Origin: Minisyncoccota bacterium
Lineage (GTDB): Bacteria; Patescibacteriota; Minisyncoccia; Minisyncoccales; CG1-02-41-26
Direction of reading: 5' to 3'
DNA: 64,000 nt
Assembly: GCA_028718785.1 (NCBI GenBank)
Contig: JAQULB010000002.1
Span: forward strand, 84,750-148,749
Part shown: in pieces, positions 47,502-57,676 of the stretch
How positions within the stretch are numbered: the stretch's first letter is position 1
How the letters are laid out: each line of letters begins with the position of its first letter
The notes under the pieces: model-generated
Databases searched by the model: none
What the model saw: the letters and a program-made list of their open reading frames with translations, nothing else
Told to the model about the DNA's origin: nothing
Program-made: the position numbers and the translations under genes

Positions 47502-50090
47502 ATGGGATTATTAAGTAAAATTTTAGGGGATCCAACAGAAAAGTTTTTAAAAAAGGCCTGGGTGGATGTTGAAAAAATAAATTTTTTTGAAGAAAATTTT
47601 TCAAAATTTTCCGCTGAAGAATTAAAGCAAAAAACTTTTCAATTTAAAGAACGATTAAGCAAAGGGGAAACATTAGATGATATTTTGCCCGAGGCCTTTG
47701 CTTTGGTTAGAGAAGGAGCAAAAAGAACTCTTAATCAAAGGCATTTTGATGTTCAGCTTATTGGGGCTATGGTTTTGCATCAAGGGAAAATTGCGGAAAT
47801 GAAAACCGGAGAAGGAAAAACCTTAACTTCAACTTTGGCTGTTTATTTAAACGCATTAGGGGATGAGGGAGTTCATGTGGTGACAGTTAATGATTATTTA
47901 GCTAAAAGGGATTCGGTTTGGATGGGGCAGATATATAATATACTTGGTTTAAGTGTGGGGTGTATCGTTAATGACGCTTCGTTTTTATACGATGAGGAAT
48001 ACGAGCAAAAAATTTCTAATAACGAATTTCTAATTTCTAAACAAATTCAAAAATCAAATGTCAAAAATCAAAAAGATGAGGAAAGGGACATAAAGGGCAG
48101 TTTTAAAGTGGAGCAAAGTTTTTTAAAACCATGTCAAAGAAAAGAGGCCTACACAGCTGACATTACCTATGGCACAAACAATGAATTTGGCTTTGATTAT
48201 TTAAGAGATAATTTAGTTTTTAATTTAGAGGATAAAGTTCAGAGGGATTTTAATTTTGCTATAGTAGATGAAATTGACTCAATTTTAATTGATGAGGCCA
48301 GAACACCTCTTATTATTTCTCAGCCCGACCTTGAATCATCGGTTTTGTATAAAGATTTTTCAAAAATTGTTCCCAAATTAAAAGAGCCAGTTGATTACAA
48401 TTTAGATGAAAAATTAAAAACTGCCTCATTAACCGAAGAAGGCATAAATAAGATTGAAAATATTTTAGGCGTGGAAAATATATATGAAAGCAAGGGCATA
48501 AAATATTTGCATTTTTTGGAGCAGTCCTTGAGAGCAATGGTTTTTTTTCAAAAAGACAAGGATTATATTGTTAAAGACGGGCAAATTATTATTATTGATG
48601 AATTTACAGGCAGAATGTTGCCTGGTCGACGATACTCTGGGGGCTTACACCAAGCCATTGAGGCCAAAGAAAAAGTGGAGGTTCAGCCAGAATCAAAAAT
48701 TTTAGCCACCATTACTTTTCAAAATTATTTTCGGTTTTATAAAAAACTATCCGGAATGACAGGCACGGCTTTAAGTTCAGCAGAGGAATTTGACAAGGTT
48801 TATAAGTTAATGGTTGTGGCTGTGCCCACAAACAAAAAAATGATAAGACGGGACTTGCCTGATTTAATTTACAAAACCGAAAAAGCCAAGTTTAAGGCCG
48901 TGGTGGAAATAATAAAAGCCAAGCAAAAAATTGGCCAGCCCGTATTGGTGGGCACAAAATCAGTTGAAAAAAATGAGTATTTGAAACGGCTTTTGGAGCG
49001 AGAGGGAGTAAGGCATGAAATTTTAAACGCTAAAAACCACGAACGAGAAGGAGAAATCATTGCTCAAGCTGGTAAAAAGGGTGCGGTAACTGTGGCCACA
49101 AATATGGCTGGAAGAGGAGTGGATATTATGCTTGGCGGAGTGCCCCCAAGCAGAATTAAATATCAAGTATCAAATATTAAAAACAACGAAGAAGAGATTA
49201 TAAGCGAACAGTACAAACAATGGGAAAAACAAAGAGATGAAATTTTAGCTTTGGGCGGGCTTTGCGTTGTTGGCACAGAAAGGCATGAAGCCAGAAGAAT
49301 TGACGACCAGTTAAGGGGCAGGGCAGGCAGGCAGGGAGATCCGGGCTCGTCTCAATTTTTTGTTTCTTTGGAAGATGATTTAATGAGGATTTTTGGAGGA
49401 GATAGATTAAAAGCGGTTATGAACACCTTAAAAGTAGATGAAAATCAACCCATTCAAGCGGGGATAATCTCTAGGGCTATTGAAAAAGCTCAAATTAGGG
49501 TTGAGGGATTTAATTTTGACGGAAGAAAGCATGTTTTAGAGTATGATGATGTTATTTCAAAGCACAGAAACGCTATTTATTCAAAAAGAGAAGACATTTT
49601 GAAGCAAAACTATGACGAGTTAAAAGAAAATGTTTTATTAATCTTAAAAAAAGAGCTTGAAAAAATTACAAGCATTTACTCAAATAGCGACACCTCTCAA
49701 ACAGAAGCTATTATTGAAGAAATTAAAACTATTTTTCCCTTAAGCGTTCAAGACATTGAAAGAGTTAAAGTTTTAAAAGATGGAGAGGAGATATTGAAAT
49801 TTTTAAGCGAAGCGTTAGAGAGGTTTTATTTGGCCAAAGAAGCCCAAGACGGGAAAGAAAGCTTTCAAAAACTTTTAAAATTTATTTGTTTGAGAACAAT
49901 TGATTTTTTCTGGACAGAACATTTGGTTTCTTTGGATTACTTAAAAGAGTCGGTTGGGTTAAGGGCCTATGGGGGAAGAGATCCGTTAGTTGAATATAAA
50001 TCCGAAAGCCACAAGCTTTTTAGAGAATTGCAAGATTCTATCAATGCTCAAATTTCAAGAACCGCTTTAAAGGTTTCAATGAACAAGTAA
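47502..50090 (+). CDS. secA: preprotein translocase ATPase SecA
   Basis: 862 aa. MKTGEGKTLT Walker A, ITYGTNNEFGFDYLRDN, VDEIDSILIDEARTPLIIS, TGMTGTA, TNMAGRGVDI, GTERHEARRIDDQLRGRAGRQGDPGSS. Confidence 0.95.
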   Translation: MGLLSKILGDPTEKFLKKAWVDVEKINFFEENFSKFSAEELKQKTFQFKERLSKGETLDDILPEAFALVREGAKRTLNQRHFDVQLIGAMVLHQGKIAEMKTGEGKTLTSTLAVYLNALGDEGVHVVTVNDYLAKRDSVWMGQIYNILGLSVGCIVNDASFLYDEEYEQKISNNEFLISKQIQKSNVKNQKDEERDIKGSFKVEQSFLKPCQRKEAYTADITYGTNNEFGFDYLRDNLVFNLEDKVQRDFNFAIVDEIDSILIDEARTPLIISQPDLESSVLYKDFSKIVPKLKEPVDYNLDEKLKTASLTEEGINKIENILGVENIYESKGIKYLHFLEQSLRAMVFFQKDKDYIVKDGQIIIIDEFTGRMLPGRRYSGGLHQAIEAKEKVEVQPESKILATITFQNYFRFYKKLSGMTGTALSSAEEFDKVYKLMVVAVPTNKKMIRRDLPDLIYKTEKAKFKAVVEIIKAKQKIGQPVLVGTKSVEKNEYLKRLLEREGVRHEILNAKNHEREGEIIAQAGKKGAVTVATNMAGRGVDIMLGGVPPSRIKYQVSNIKNNEEEIISEQYKQWEKQRDEILALGGLCVVGTERHEARRIDDQLRGRAGRQGDPGSSQFFVSLEDDLMRIFGGDRLKAVMNTLKVDENQPIQAGIISRAIEKAQIRVEGFNFDGRKHVLEYDDVISKHRNAIYSKREDILKQNYDELKENVLLILKKELEKITSIYSNSDTSQTEAIIEEIKTIFPLSVQDIERVKVLKDGEEILKFLSEALERFYLAKEAQDGKESFQKLLKFICLRTIDFFWTEHLVSLDYLKESVGLRAYGGRDPLVEYKSESHKLFRELQDSINAQISRTALKVSMNK

Positions 50091-50184
50091 TGGGGCTTGA
50101 AATAAGAAGGGTTTTTTGGTATGTTAAAAAATATATTTATGCTTGAATAGCGTTAATTCAATTTAGGAAAATTTTAGCAATCTC

Positions 50185-51501
50185 ATGGATAGTAGAGTTA
50201 AAAATAATTTAATATTTGTTGGAATTTTAACCATAGTTGTTTTTTGTTTGGTTTTTCCCAATATTCCTGACAGGGGCATTTCTTTTTTAAAAGAAAAACA
50301 GATTCCTGTGTTGGAAAAAATTCCTTTGATAAAAAATATTCCTTTTAAATTGGGGCTTGATTTGGTTGGGGGGAGTCATTTGGTTTATCAAGCGGACTTC
50401 GCCAGCACCACTCAAGATCAAAAAGAGGCCATGGCGGGCTTGCGAGATGTTATTGAAAGAAGGGTTAACTTGTTTGGCGTGTCAGAGCCTCAGGTGGCCA
50501 CGCAGGAAGTGGGGGGCAATCAAAGGTTGGTGGTTGATTTATCTGGGGTTAAAGATGTTAATCAGGCCATTGAAATGATTGGCAAAACGCCTTATTTGGA
50601 CTTTAGAACCCAAACCGCTGACTTCAACCCAGAAAACCCCACATTTGAGCCAACCCAGCTAAATGGAAAGTATTTGAAAAAGGCGGATTTGGGGTTTAAT
50701 CAGCAAACAATGGCTCCTGAAATTTTGTTAGAATTTAACCAAGAGGGGGCTGATTTGTTTGGGGAGATAACAGCTCAAAATATTGGCAAAAGATTGGCTA
50801 TTTTTATTGACAATGTTCTAATTTCCGCTCCAAATGTTAACGAAGCCATTACTGGGGGAAAAGCTCAAATAACGGGCCAGTTTTCAGTCCAGGAGGCCAG
50901 GGATATGGTTCGCAATTTTAATTCTGGCGCTTTGCCTGTGCCCATAACCTTAATATCTCAAAATACAATTGGCCCAAGCTTGGGAATGGTATCTTTAAAC
51001 ACATCGTTGAAAGCTGGAATTTTTGGATTTTTGGCTGTGTGTATTTTTATGATTGGGTTTTATAGGTTTTCGGGTTTGTTGGCCTCTGTGGCTTTGGCTA
51101 TTTATGGGTTAATTTTGTTGTCTTTATTTAAAATGATTCCAGTTACTTTAACTTTGGCGGGAGTGGGGGCGGCTATATTGTCAGTGGGTATGGCGGTTGA
51201 CGCTAATGTTTTAATTTTTGAACGGTGCAAAGAGGAAAGAAGAAAGGGAGAAAGCTTTAAAATTGCTTTAGAAAACGGATTTACAAGAGCTTGGCCTTCC
51301 ATTAGAGACAGCAATTTAACCACCTTGCTTATTGCTTTGGTAATGTTTATTTTTGGGTCAAGTTTTGTAAAGGGGTTCGCTGTGGCTTTGAGTTTGGGTG
51401 TTTTGGTGAGTATGTTTTCTGCCATTATTATTACTAAAAATTTAATGAGAGCTTTTATTGGCACAAGATTAGAAAAAATTAAGTGGCTGTGGAGACAGTA
51501 G
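50185..51501 (+). CDS. secD: protein translocase subunit SecD
   Basis: 438 aa. LGLDLVGGSHLVYQAD, a periplasmic domain, then six C-terminal TM helices with the VDANVLIFER motif. Confidence 0.9.
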   Translation: MDSRVKNNLIFVGILTIVVFCLVFPNIPDRGISFLKEKQIPVLEKIPLIKNIPFKLGLDLVGGSHLVYQADFASTTQDQKEAMAGLRDVIERRVNLFGVSEPQVATQEVGGNQRLVVDLSGVKDVNQAIEMIGKTPYLDFRTQTADFNPENPTFEPTQLNGKYLKKADLGFNQQTMAPEILLEFNQEGADLFGEITAQNIGKRLAIFIDNVLISAPNVNEAITGGKAQITGQFSVQEARDMVRNFNSGALPVPITLISQNTIGPSLGMVSLNTSLKAGIFGFLAVCIFMIGFYRFSGLLASVALAIYGLILLSLFKMIPVTLTLAGVGAAILSVGMAVDANVLIFERCKEERRKGESFKIALENGFTRAWPSIRDSNLTTLLIALVMFIFGSSFVKGFAVALSLGVLVSMFSAIIITKNLMRAFIGTRLEKIKWLWRQ

Positions 51502-51528
51502 AACAAAATGAAGAATTTAATTTGAAAT

Positions 51529-52431
51529 ATGAATTTTGATTTTATAAAATACAGACGAATATTTTATGGGTTTTCAATAATCTTAACTGTTTTAACTGTT
51601 ATTGTAGTTGCTTTGTTTGGGGTGAAGTGGGGGATTGATTTTACCGGGGGAACAGTTTTATCTATTTCTTATCAAGATAGTTTGCCAACAGCTCAGCAGG
51701 TTAACGACGGACTTTTAAGTTTGGGATTAAAAGAAGCAGTTGTTCAGCAACAAGGCGAAAAAACTCTTATTATAAAAATGCAGGACATTGATGAGCCAAC
51801 CCACCAAATGGTTATTGAAAAACTAAAAACCCTTGGGAACATTGTTGAGGGGTCAGAGGGTTTTGAGTCAATTGGCCCGGTTATTGGCAATGAATTAAAA
51901 AGCAAAATTAAAACAGTGGTTGTTTTAGCTTTGCTTTCCATATTAATTTACATTGCCATTGCTTTTAGAAAAATTTCCTATCCTGTGAAATCATACATAT
52001 ATGGTTTAACTGGCATTGTTGCTTTGTTTCACGATGTTATGATACCAGTTGGGGTTTGGGCGGTTTTGGGAAAATACTATGGCTATGAAATAACTATTCC
52101 CATTATCACAGCCCTATTAACCGTGTTTGGTTATTCCATTAATGATTCCGTGGTGGTTTTTGACAGAATTAGAGAGAATTTATCCAAAGAAAGAGCTACT
52201 GATTTTAAAGATATAGTCAATAAAAGTTTAAATCAAACGTTTGCTCGTTCGGTTAACACTTCAGCGACAGTGTTGATTGTTTTGTTGGCTTTGTTTATAT
52301 TTGGAGGGATAACCTTAAAGCCGTTTGCTTTGGTTTTATTAATTGGCATTTCTTTGGGAACATATTCTTCGGTTTTTTTGGCTTCTCTTTTGGTGTATTC
52401 TTTCTATCAAATTAGACGAAGAAAAAGTTAA
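51529..52431 (+). CDS. secF: protein translocase subunit SecF
   Basis: 300 aa. GIDFTGGT, ALFHDVMI, GYSINDSVVVFDRIREN. Confidence 0.9.
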   Translation: MNFDFIKYRRIFYGFSIILTVLTVIVVALFGVKWGIDFTGGTVLSISYQDSLPTAQQVNDGLLSLGLKEAVVQQQGEKTLIIKMQDIDEPTHQMVIEKLKTLGNIVEGSEGFESIGPVIGNELKSKIKTVVVLALLSILIYIAIAFRKISYPVKSYIYGLTGIVALFHDVMIPVGVWAVLGKYYGYEITIPIITALLTVFGYSINDSVVVFDRIRENLSKERATDFKDIVNKSLNQTFARSVNTSATVLIVLLALFIFGGITLKPFALVLLIGISLGTYSSVFLASLLVYSFYQIRRRKS

Positions 52432-52444
52432 TTTTTTATTATTA

Positions 52445-52490
52445 AAAACAAAACTCCTGATTGTGGCAAACAGACAGGAGTTTTGTTTTA
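52445..52490 (+). terminator. intrinsic terminator
   Basis: Perfect 15-bp stem aaaacaaaactcctg / caggagttttgtttt with a 15-nt loop and trailing T-rich tract. Confidence 0.85.
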
Positions 52491-52516
52491 TGTTAAAATA
52501 GTTAAACTCATTTTAT

Positions 52517-52534
52517 TTATTAACGACTTCTAAG
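52517..52534 (+). promoter_or_regulatory. 18-nt leader element shared with the priming glycosyltransferase gene
   Basis: ttattaacgacttctaag ends 2 nt before the ATG at 52537. The identical 18-mer (minus strand, 42893-42876) ends 2 nt before the ATG at 42873. Confidence 0.6.
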
Positions 52535-52536
52535 GT

Positions 52537-55212
52537 ATGCAGAAAAATTGGCACGAAATTTCATTGACGAAAATTTACTCAATATTGAAAACCCATCCCA
52601 ATGGGTTAAGCATAGAGGAGGCGAATTTTCGGTTACAAAAAAATGGCAAAAATGTTTTGCCTTCAACAAAACCGCTTTCTAAAAAAAAGCTTTTTTTTAG
52701 CCAGTTTAACAGCCCTTTAATGTATATTCTTTTAACAGCGGTTGTTGTTTCTTCTTTTTTAAAGCATCTTTCTGACACTATTTTTATTGTTGTGGTTTTG
52801 TTTATTAACACCACTGTGGGATTTTATCAAGAAAACAAAGCCAACAAATCTTTGGTTGCTTTAAAAAATATGATAAAGATAAAAGCCAAAGTTTTGCGCG
52901 ATAGCAATGAAAAAGAAATCGACAGCGAGGATGTGGTTGTGGGGGATGTGGTTATATTAAAAACGGGAGATAAAGTTCCTTGCGATGGCCGAATTATTGA
53001 ATCAAAAAATTTAAAAGTTGATGAAGCCAGTTTAACTGGGGAATTTATGGCGGTGAAAAAGGATATAGCGCAAAAAATACCAGAAAAAGCGTCTCTTGCT
53101 GAGCAGCTTAATATGGTTTTTATGGGCACAATTGTTGAGGAAGGAGAGGCCAAGTTAATAACCACAGGAATTGGCCTTAACACAGAAATTGGCAAAGTTG
53201 TTAAGTTGTTGAAAGAAACTAAAGAAAGAAGAACACCTCTTCAAAAGAAAATCCTCACGCTTTCAAAGCAAACCGCTGCTTTTATTTTAGCTATTATTTT
53301 GGTTATTATTTTAATTGGGCATTTTACAGAAAAATCTTTTAATGACATATTAGTGGCTTCGTTGGCTTTGGCTGTTTCAGCCATTCCTGAAGGTCTCTTG
53401 CCAGCTATTACTGTTATATTAACTTTGGGAATGCGTCGGATTTTTAAACAAAAAGGATTGGTGAGAAAATTAATTGCCACTGAAACTTTGGGGAGCGTAA
53501 CTGTTATTTGCGCTGATAAAACAGGCACTTTAACTGAGGGCAAAATGCAAGTGAGCGATATTTTAACAAGCACGACAGAATTGTTGAACGGCAATTTTAA
53601 GGGAATTTTACAAAACAAAAATTCAAACGGGGTTGAGTCGCATATTCTTGCTTTAAAAATTGCCACTTTGGTTAATGAAGCGTTTGTGGAAAATCCCGAT
53701 CAAGAATTAGAGAAATGGGTAATAAGGGGAAGGCCAACCGACCAGGCCTTGTTGATAGCTGGAATGCAAGCTGGTTTATATAAAAAAGAGCTGGAGGTTC
53801 AGTATCCTTTAATTGACAGAATTAATTTTGAATCTGGCGCAAAATATGCCACCACTTATCGTAAACTTAACAATAAGAAAAATATTTTATACGCTTTGGG
53901 CGCCCCGGAAATAATTATTGAAAAGTCAACTCATTTGGATATTGATGGCAAAAAGAAAAAGTTAAGTTCTGTTGCTTTAAACAAACTCCTTCTTAGGGTT
54001 GATAATTTAACTAAAAAGGGCTTAAGGGTATTGGCTTGTAGCTACAAAGAATACCCTTTATCCACAAAGTATAAAAATTTAAATGAGTTAAGAGAAAAAA
54101 CAATATTGGTTGGTTTTATTGCCATTAAAGACCCCTTAAGACCTGATGCCTCAGAATCTATTGAAATTACTAAAAAAGCTGGCATCCGCGCAGTTATTAT
54201 CACAGGGGACCACAAATTAACAGCCCAAACAATTGCTTTGGAGGTTGGGCTTGAAGCAGAAAAAGAAAATATTTTAGAAGGAAAAGAAATTGATGACTTG
54301 AGCGATGCGGACTTAAAAGAAAAAGTTAAATTTGTTTCAGTTTATGCGCGGGTTTCTCCCAGCCATAAGCTTCGTATTGTAAAAGCTCTTCAAGATAACA
54401 ACGAGGTTGTGGCTATGGTGGGAGATGGAGTCAATGATGCTCCAGCTTTAAAAATTGCTGATATTGGCATTTCTTTGGGCTCTGGAACGGATGTGGCAAA
54501 AGAATCTGCGGATTTGGTTTTACTTGATAATAATTTTAAAACCATTATTAAGGCCATTGAACAAGGGAGGGTTGTGTTTGGAAATATAAGAAAGGTTTTT
54601 ACCTATTTAGTGGCTGATGACTTTTCGGAGCTGTTTTTATTTTTGGGTTGTATGATAATGGGATTTCCCTTACCGCTCCTACCAGCTCAGATTCTTTGGA
54701 TAAATTTAGTGGAAGATGGATTCCCTGATATTGCCTTAACAACTGAGCAGGAAACAAAAGGCATAATGGACGAGCCCCCCAGAGACCCCAAAGAGCCAAT
54801 TTTAAACAAACCCTTAAAAAAATGGATGGCTTTTATTTTTTTAATCTCTGGATTGGCGGCTTTTCTTGCGTTTTTGCTTTTTTGGAAAATTTTTGGGCAA
54901 TTAGAAAAAGCCAGAACAATGACTTTTGCTTTAATGTGTTTTGACTCTTTAGCGTTTGCTTTTTCTGTGAGGTCGTTTAAAAGAACGATTTTTAGAAAAG
55001 ATATTTTCTCTAACAGGTATTTGGTTTTTGGCGTTGCGTTGGGGCTTGTTTTGTTGTTTGGAGCTATTTACTTTCCACCCTTACAAAAACTTTTAGCCAC
55101 TCAACCTTTAGGCAGTATTGATTGGCTGATGATTTTTGGCATTAGCTTAACAGAAATTATTTTAATAGAAACTGCCAAGAAACTGGTTTTTGGCTTTAAA
55201 AAAATAAAATAA
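52537..55212 (+). CDS. P-type cation-transporting ATPase (P2, Ca2+/Mg2+-type)
   Basis: 891 aa. TGE region, phosphorylation site CADKTGTLTEG, ITGDHKLTA, VGDGVNDAPALKIADIGISLG, about 10 TM helices. Confidence 0.9.
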   Translation: MQKNWHEISLTKIYSILKTHPNGLSIEEANFRLQKNGKNVLPSTKPLSKKKLFFSQFNSPLMYILLTAVVVSSFLKHLSDTIFIVVVLFINTTVGFYQENKANKSLVALKNMIKIKAKVLRDSNEKEIDSEDVVVGDVVILKTGDKVPCDGRIIESKNLKVDEASLTGEFMAVKKDIAQKIPEKASLAEQLNMVFMGTIVEEGEAKLITTGIGLNTEIGKVVKLLKETKERRTPLQKKILTLSKQTAAFILAIILVIILIGHFTEKSFNDILVASLALAVSAIPEGLLPAITVILTLGMRRIFKQKGLVRKLIATETLGSVTVICADKTGTLTEGKMQVSDILTSTTELLNGNFKGILQNKNSNGVESHILALKIATLVNEAFVENPDQELEKWVIRGRPTDQALLIAGMQAGLYKKELEVQYPLIDRINFESGAKYATTYRKLNNKKNILYALGAPEIIIEKSTHLDIDGKKKKLSSVALNKLLLRVDNLTKKGLRVLACSYKEYPLSTKYKNLNELREKTILVGFIAIKDPLRPDASESIEITKKAGIRAVIITGDHKLTAQTIALEVGLEAEKENILEGKEIDDLSDADLKEKVKFVSVYARVSPSHKLRIVKALQDNNEVVAMVGDGVNDAPALKIADIGISLGSGTDVAKESADLVLLDNNFKTIIKAIEQGRVVFGNIRKVFTYLVADDFSELFLFLGCMIMGFPLPLLPAQILWINLVEDGFPDIALTTEQETKGIMDEPPRDPKEPILNKPLKKWMAFIFLISGLAAFLAFLLFWKIFGQLEKARTMTFALMCFDSLAFAFSVRSFKRTIFRKDIFSNRYLVFGVALGLVLLFGAIYFPPLQKLLATQPLGSIDWLMIFGISLTEIILIETAKKLVFGFKKIK

Positions 55213-55237
55213 TTTGCTATAATGCAATTAAATAATC

Positions 55238-55260
55238 AAGCGCCAAAAAAGCGCTTTTTA
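55238..55260 (+). terminator. short intrinsic terminator
   Basis: aagcgc-caaaaaa-gcgctt followed by a T-run. Confidence 0.55.
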
Positions 55261-55281
55261 TTATATTTATAAATTCTATTT

Positions 55282-56451
55282 ATGAAAATTCTTTATATTC
55301 ATCAAGATAGAAAACTAAAAACAGGCGCTCACTATATAAATGATATTCTTATGAAAGGCCTAAAAAGAGCCGGGGTGGAGGTGGAAAATGTTTACCCTGA
55401 AGAAGATTTGGGATATTTTCACCCGCTTTTAAAGGGCATTAGAAATATTCTTTTCTTTTTTTCTTTAATTGAACGAAAAAAAGACATTGCCTCTTATGAT
55501 ATTATTCAGGGGACAACCTATACTCCTTTAGCTTTTTTGCATAGCAACATTCCAGTTTTTTCAATTTTTGGCTCAACCTCTTATGGTTTTTTAAAAGCTG
55601 TTCCCAATTCAAAGGCTTTGAATAAAGAACATTCAGAGCTTTTTAAAATATTAAGTGAGTTAAAAGAAAGAGGCGTTTTAAGTTGCGTTGGATCTTTTAG
55701 TCAGCCAGTTAAGGATGTGAGCCGAATTGAATTTCATACAGCAAAAAATAGTCGCAGGGTGGTAGCCACCTCCCAAGGCGTAAAGTCAGAACTTGTTAAA
55801 AATGGAGTGCCCCAAGAAAAAGTAGCGGTTGTTTGGAATGGCATAGAAAATTTTTGGTTTAAAACAAAACCAAAAAAACGGCTTAAAAAAACCGCTGGTC
55901 TTGTTTATTTGGGCAGAATGGGAGAGGATAGCTTTACCGTTAAATTAAAGGGAATAAATAGAATGATTTATATTTTAAGGTCTTTTCCCAACTTAGAAAA
56001 AGTTATTATTGGCTTAACCGAAAAAAAAGATATTTACAGTCAGGTTTTTCATGCCGTTCCCAAGACCACATTTTATCCCAATTTAAAAAGAAGGGCAATG
56101 CCAAAAATATTAAAGAAAAGTTATGGAGATATCTTTATAAACCCCAGTCGCTATGAAGGATTTTGTTTATCTTTAGTGGAGGCAATGTCTCAAGGATTAA
56201 TTCCCATTAGTTTTTCAGTGGGAGTGGCTCCTGAAATTATTAAAAATGGCCAAAATGGATTTTTAGTAAATAGTGTTCGCCAGATGATTTTTAAGATAAA
56301 CAAATTATCTCAAGACAAGGAAAAAAGAGCTCAAATGGCAAAAGCGGCTTTTGAAACAGCTAAAATGTTTAAAGCTGAAATAATGGTTAAAAAGTATATT
56401 GAACTTTATGAATCTGAATTGCCCCCTAAAGCTCCCTGTTGTGAAGTATAA
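55282..56451 (+). CDS. glycosyltransferase family 4 (GT-B)
   Basis: NPSRYEGFCLSLVEAMSQGLIPISFSVGVAPEIIKNGQNGFLV. Confidence 0.8.
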   Translation: MKILYIHQDRKLKTGAHYINDILMKGLKRAGVEVENVYPEEDLGYFHPLLKGIRNILFFFSLIERKKDIASYDIIQGTTYTPLAFLHSNIPVFSIFGSTSYGFLKAVPNSKALNKEHSELFKILSELKERGVLSCVGSFSQPVKDVSRIEFHTAKNSRRVVATSQGVKSELVKNGVPQEKVAVVWNGIENFWFKTKPKKRLKKTAGLVYLGRMGEDSFTVKLKGINRMIYILRSFPNLEKVIIGLTEKKDIYSQVFHAVPKTTFYPNLKRRAMPKILKKSYGDIFINPSRYEGFCLSLVEAMSQGLIPISFSVGVAPEIIKNGQNGFLVNSVRQMIFKINKLSQDKEKRAQMAKAAFETAKMFKAEIMVKKYIELYESELPPKAPCCEV

Positions 56452-56505
56452 TGGGAAAAGCGTTATAATTTTCTTGTTTTTTTTTGTTGGGTACAGGGCT
56501 TTGTA

Positions 56506-56534
56506 TTGACAATAATTGGCTTTTATGATTTAAT
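56506..56534 (+). promoter_or_regulatory. sigma-70-type promoter giving a near-leaderless transcript
   Basis: TTGACA (56506-56511), 17-nt spacer, TTTAAT (56529-56534). The ATG at 56544 is only 9 nt after the -10. Confidence 0.5.
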
Positions 56535-56543
56535 ACGGATTGT

Positions 56544-57563
56544 ATGGTGGAAATAGATTATCAAACAATTTGTAAGGATCTCTTGGAGAATTTGCCTCAA
56601 AGACAAAAACAGGTTTTATTAAGAAGGTTTGGTTTGGGTCAAGGTGAATCTGAAACATTACAGAGAATTGGCAATGATTTGGAGATAACAAGAGAAAGGG
56701 TGAGACAGCTTGAAAAGAGCGGTTTTTTGCGTTTAAAAGATTTTCAAAATGATAAAAATTTGAAAAAGATCTTTGATTATTTTGAAGAATTCTTAAATAA
56801 AAACGGCGGCTTAAAAAGAGAGGACATTTTGTTAAATGAATTATCTAAAAAAGATGAGAAAAATTTTATTTATTTTTTGTTAGTTTTGGGAGATAATTTT
56901 TACAGAATGGGCGACAATGAAATTTTATTGCCTTTTTGGTCAAATCAAAAAGAAAAAGCAGGAATTGTGGAAGAAACTGTTAAAAGGGTAAAGGAATTTT
57001 TCCATCAAGAAAAGAAGCCAGCAACATTTGATAATTTGTCAAAAAGTTTGAAAATAGAAGACAAGAATTTTTTAAGCGCTTGTTTGGAGATTGCCCGCGA
57101 TATTGAAGCGGGTCCATTGCAAAATTATGGTTTATCAATTTGGCCCGAAATAAAACCAAGAGGGGTGAGAGATGCTGCTTATTTAGTTTTAAAAAAAGCA
57201 GAAGAGCCCTTGCACTTTAGGGTCATTGCCACAAAAGCCGGAGAGCTTTCTGGGGACTTGTTTTCCAAAAGAAAAATGCTCCCCCAAACAATTCATAATG
57301 AACTGATAAGAGACAAAAGATTTATTTTGGTTGGCAGGGGAATTTATGGTTTAAGCGATTGGGGATATTCCACAGGCACTGTAAAAGATGTAATCTGCAA
57401 AGTGCTTCAAGCTAACGCTCCAATGGGAAAAGAAGAAATATTAACAGCTGTTCAAAAACAACGCCTTGTTAAACCAAACACGGTTTTTCTTAATTTGTCT
57501 GATAAGACCCTTTTTTCAAGGAATCAAGATGGAAAATATATTTTAAAAATTAAAACCGCTTGA
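56544..57563 (+). CDS. DNA-binding protein: sigma-70 region-4 HTH (N) + HARE-HTH-like domain (C)
   Basis: N-terminal LPQRQKQVLLRRFGLGQGESETLQRIGNDLEITRERVRQLEKSGFLRLK (region 4.2-like). C-terminal AYLVLKKAEEPLHFRVIA...IHNELIRDKRFILVGRGIYGLSDWGY resembles the RpoE-delta/HARE-HTH fold. No sigma region 2. Confidence 0.6.
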   Translation: MVEIDYQTICKDLLENLPQRQKQVLLRRFGLGQGESETLQRIGNDLEITRERVRQLEKSGFLRLKDFQNDKNLKKIFDYFEEFLNKNGGLKREDILLNELSKKDEKNFIYFLLVLGDNFYRMGDNEILLPFWSNQKEKAGIVEETVKRVKEFFHQEKKPATFDNLSKSLKIEDKNFLSACLEIARDIEAGPLQNYGLSIWPEIKPRGVRDAAYLVLKKAEEPLHFRVIATKAGELSGDLFSKRKMLPQTIHNELIRDKRFILVGRGIYGLSDWGYSTGTVKDVICKVLQANAPMGKEEILTAVQKQRLVKPNTVFLNLSDKTLFSRNQDGKYILKIKTA

Positions 57564-57676
57564 AATATCTAATAACATAAAACTAATAATAAATAACATT
57601 AAAAATTTATCCCCTTGAAAGGGGGTATTTTTTTTAGTATTGTAGAAGAATAGCTTTTAAATAAAACTTTATTTCA

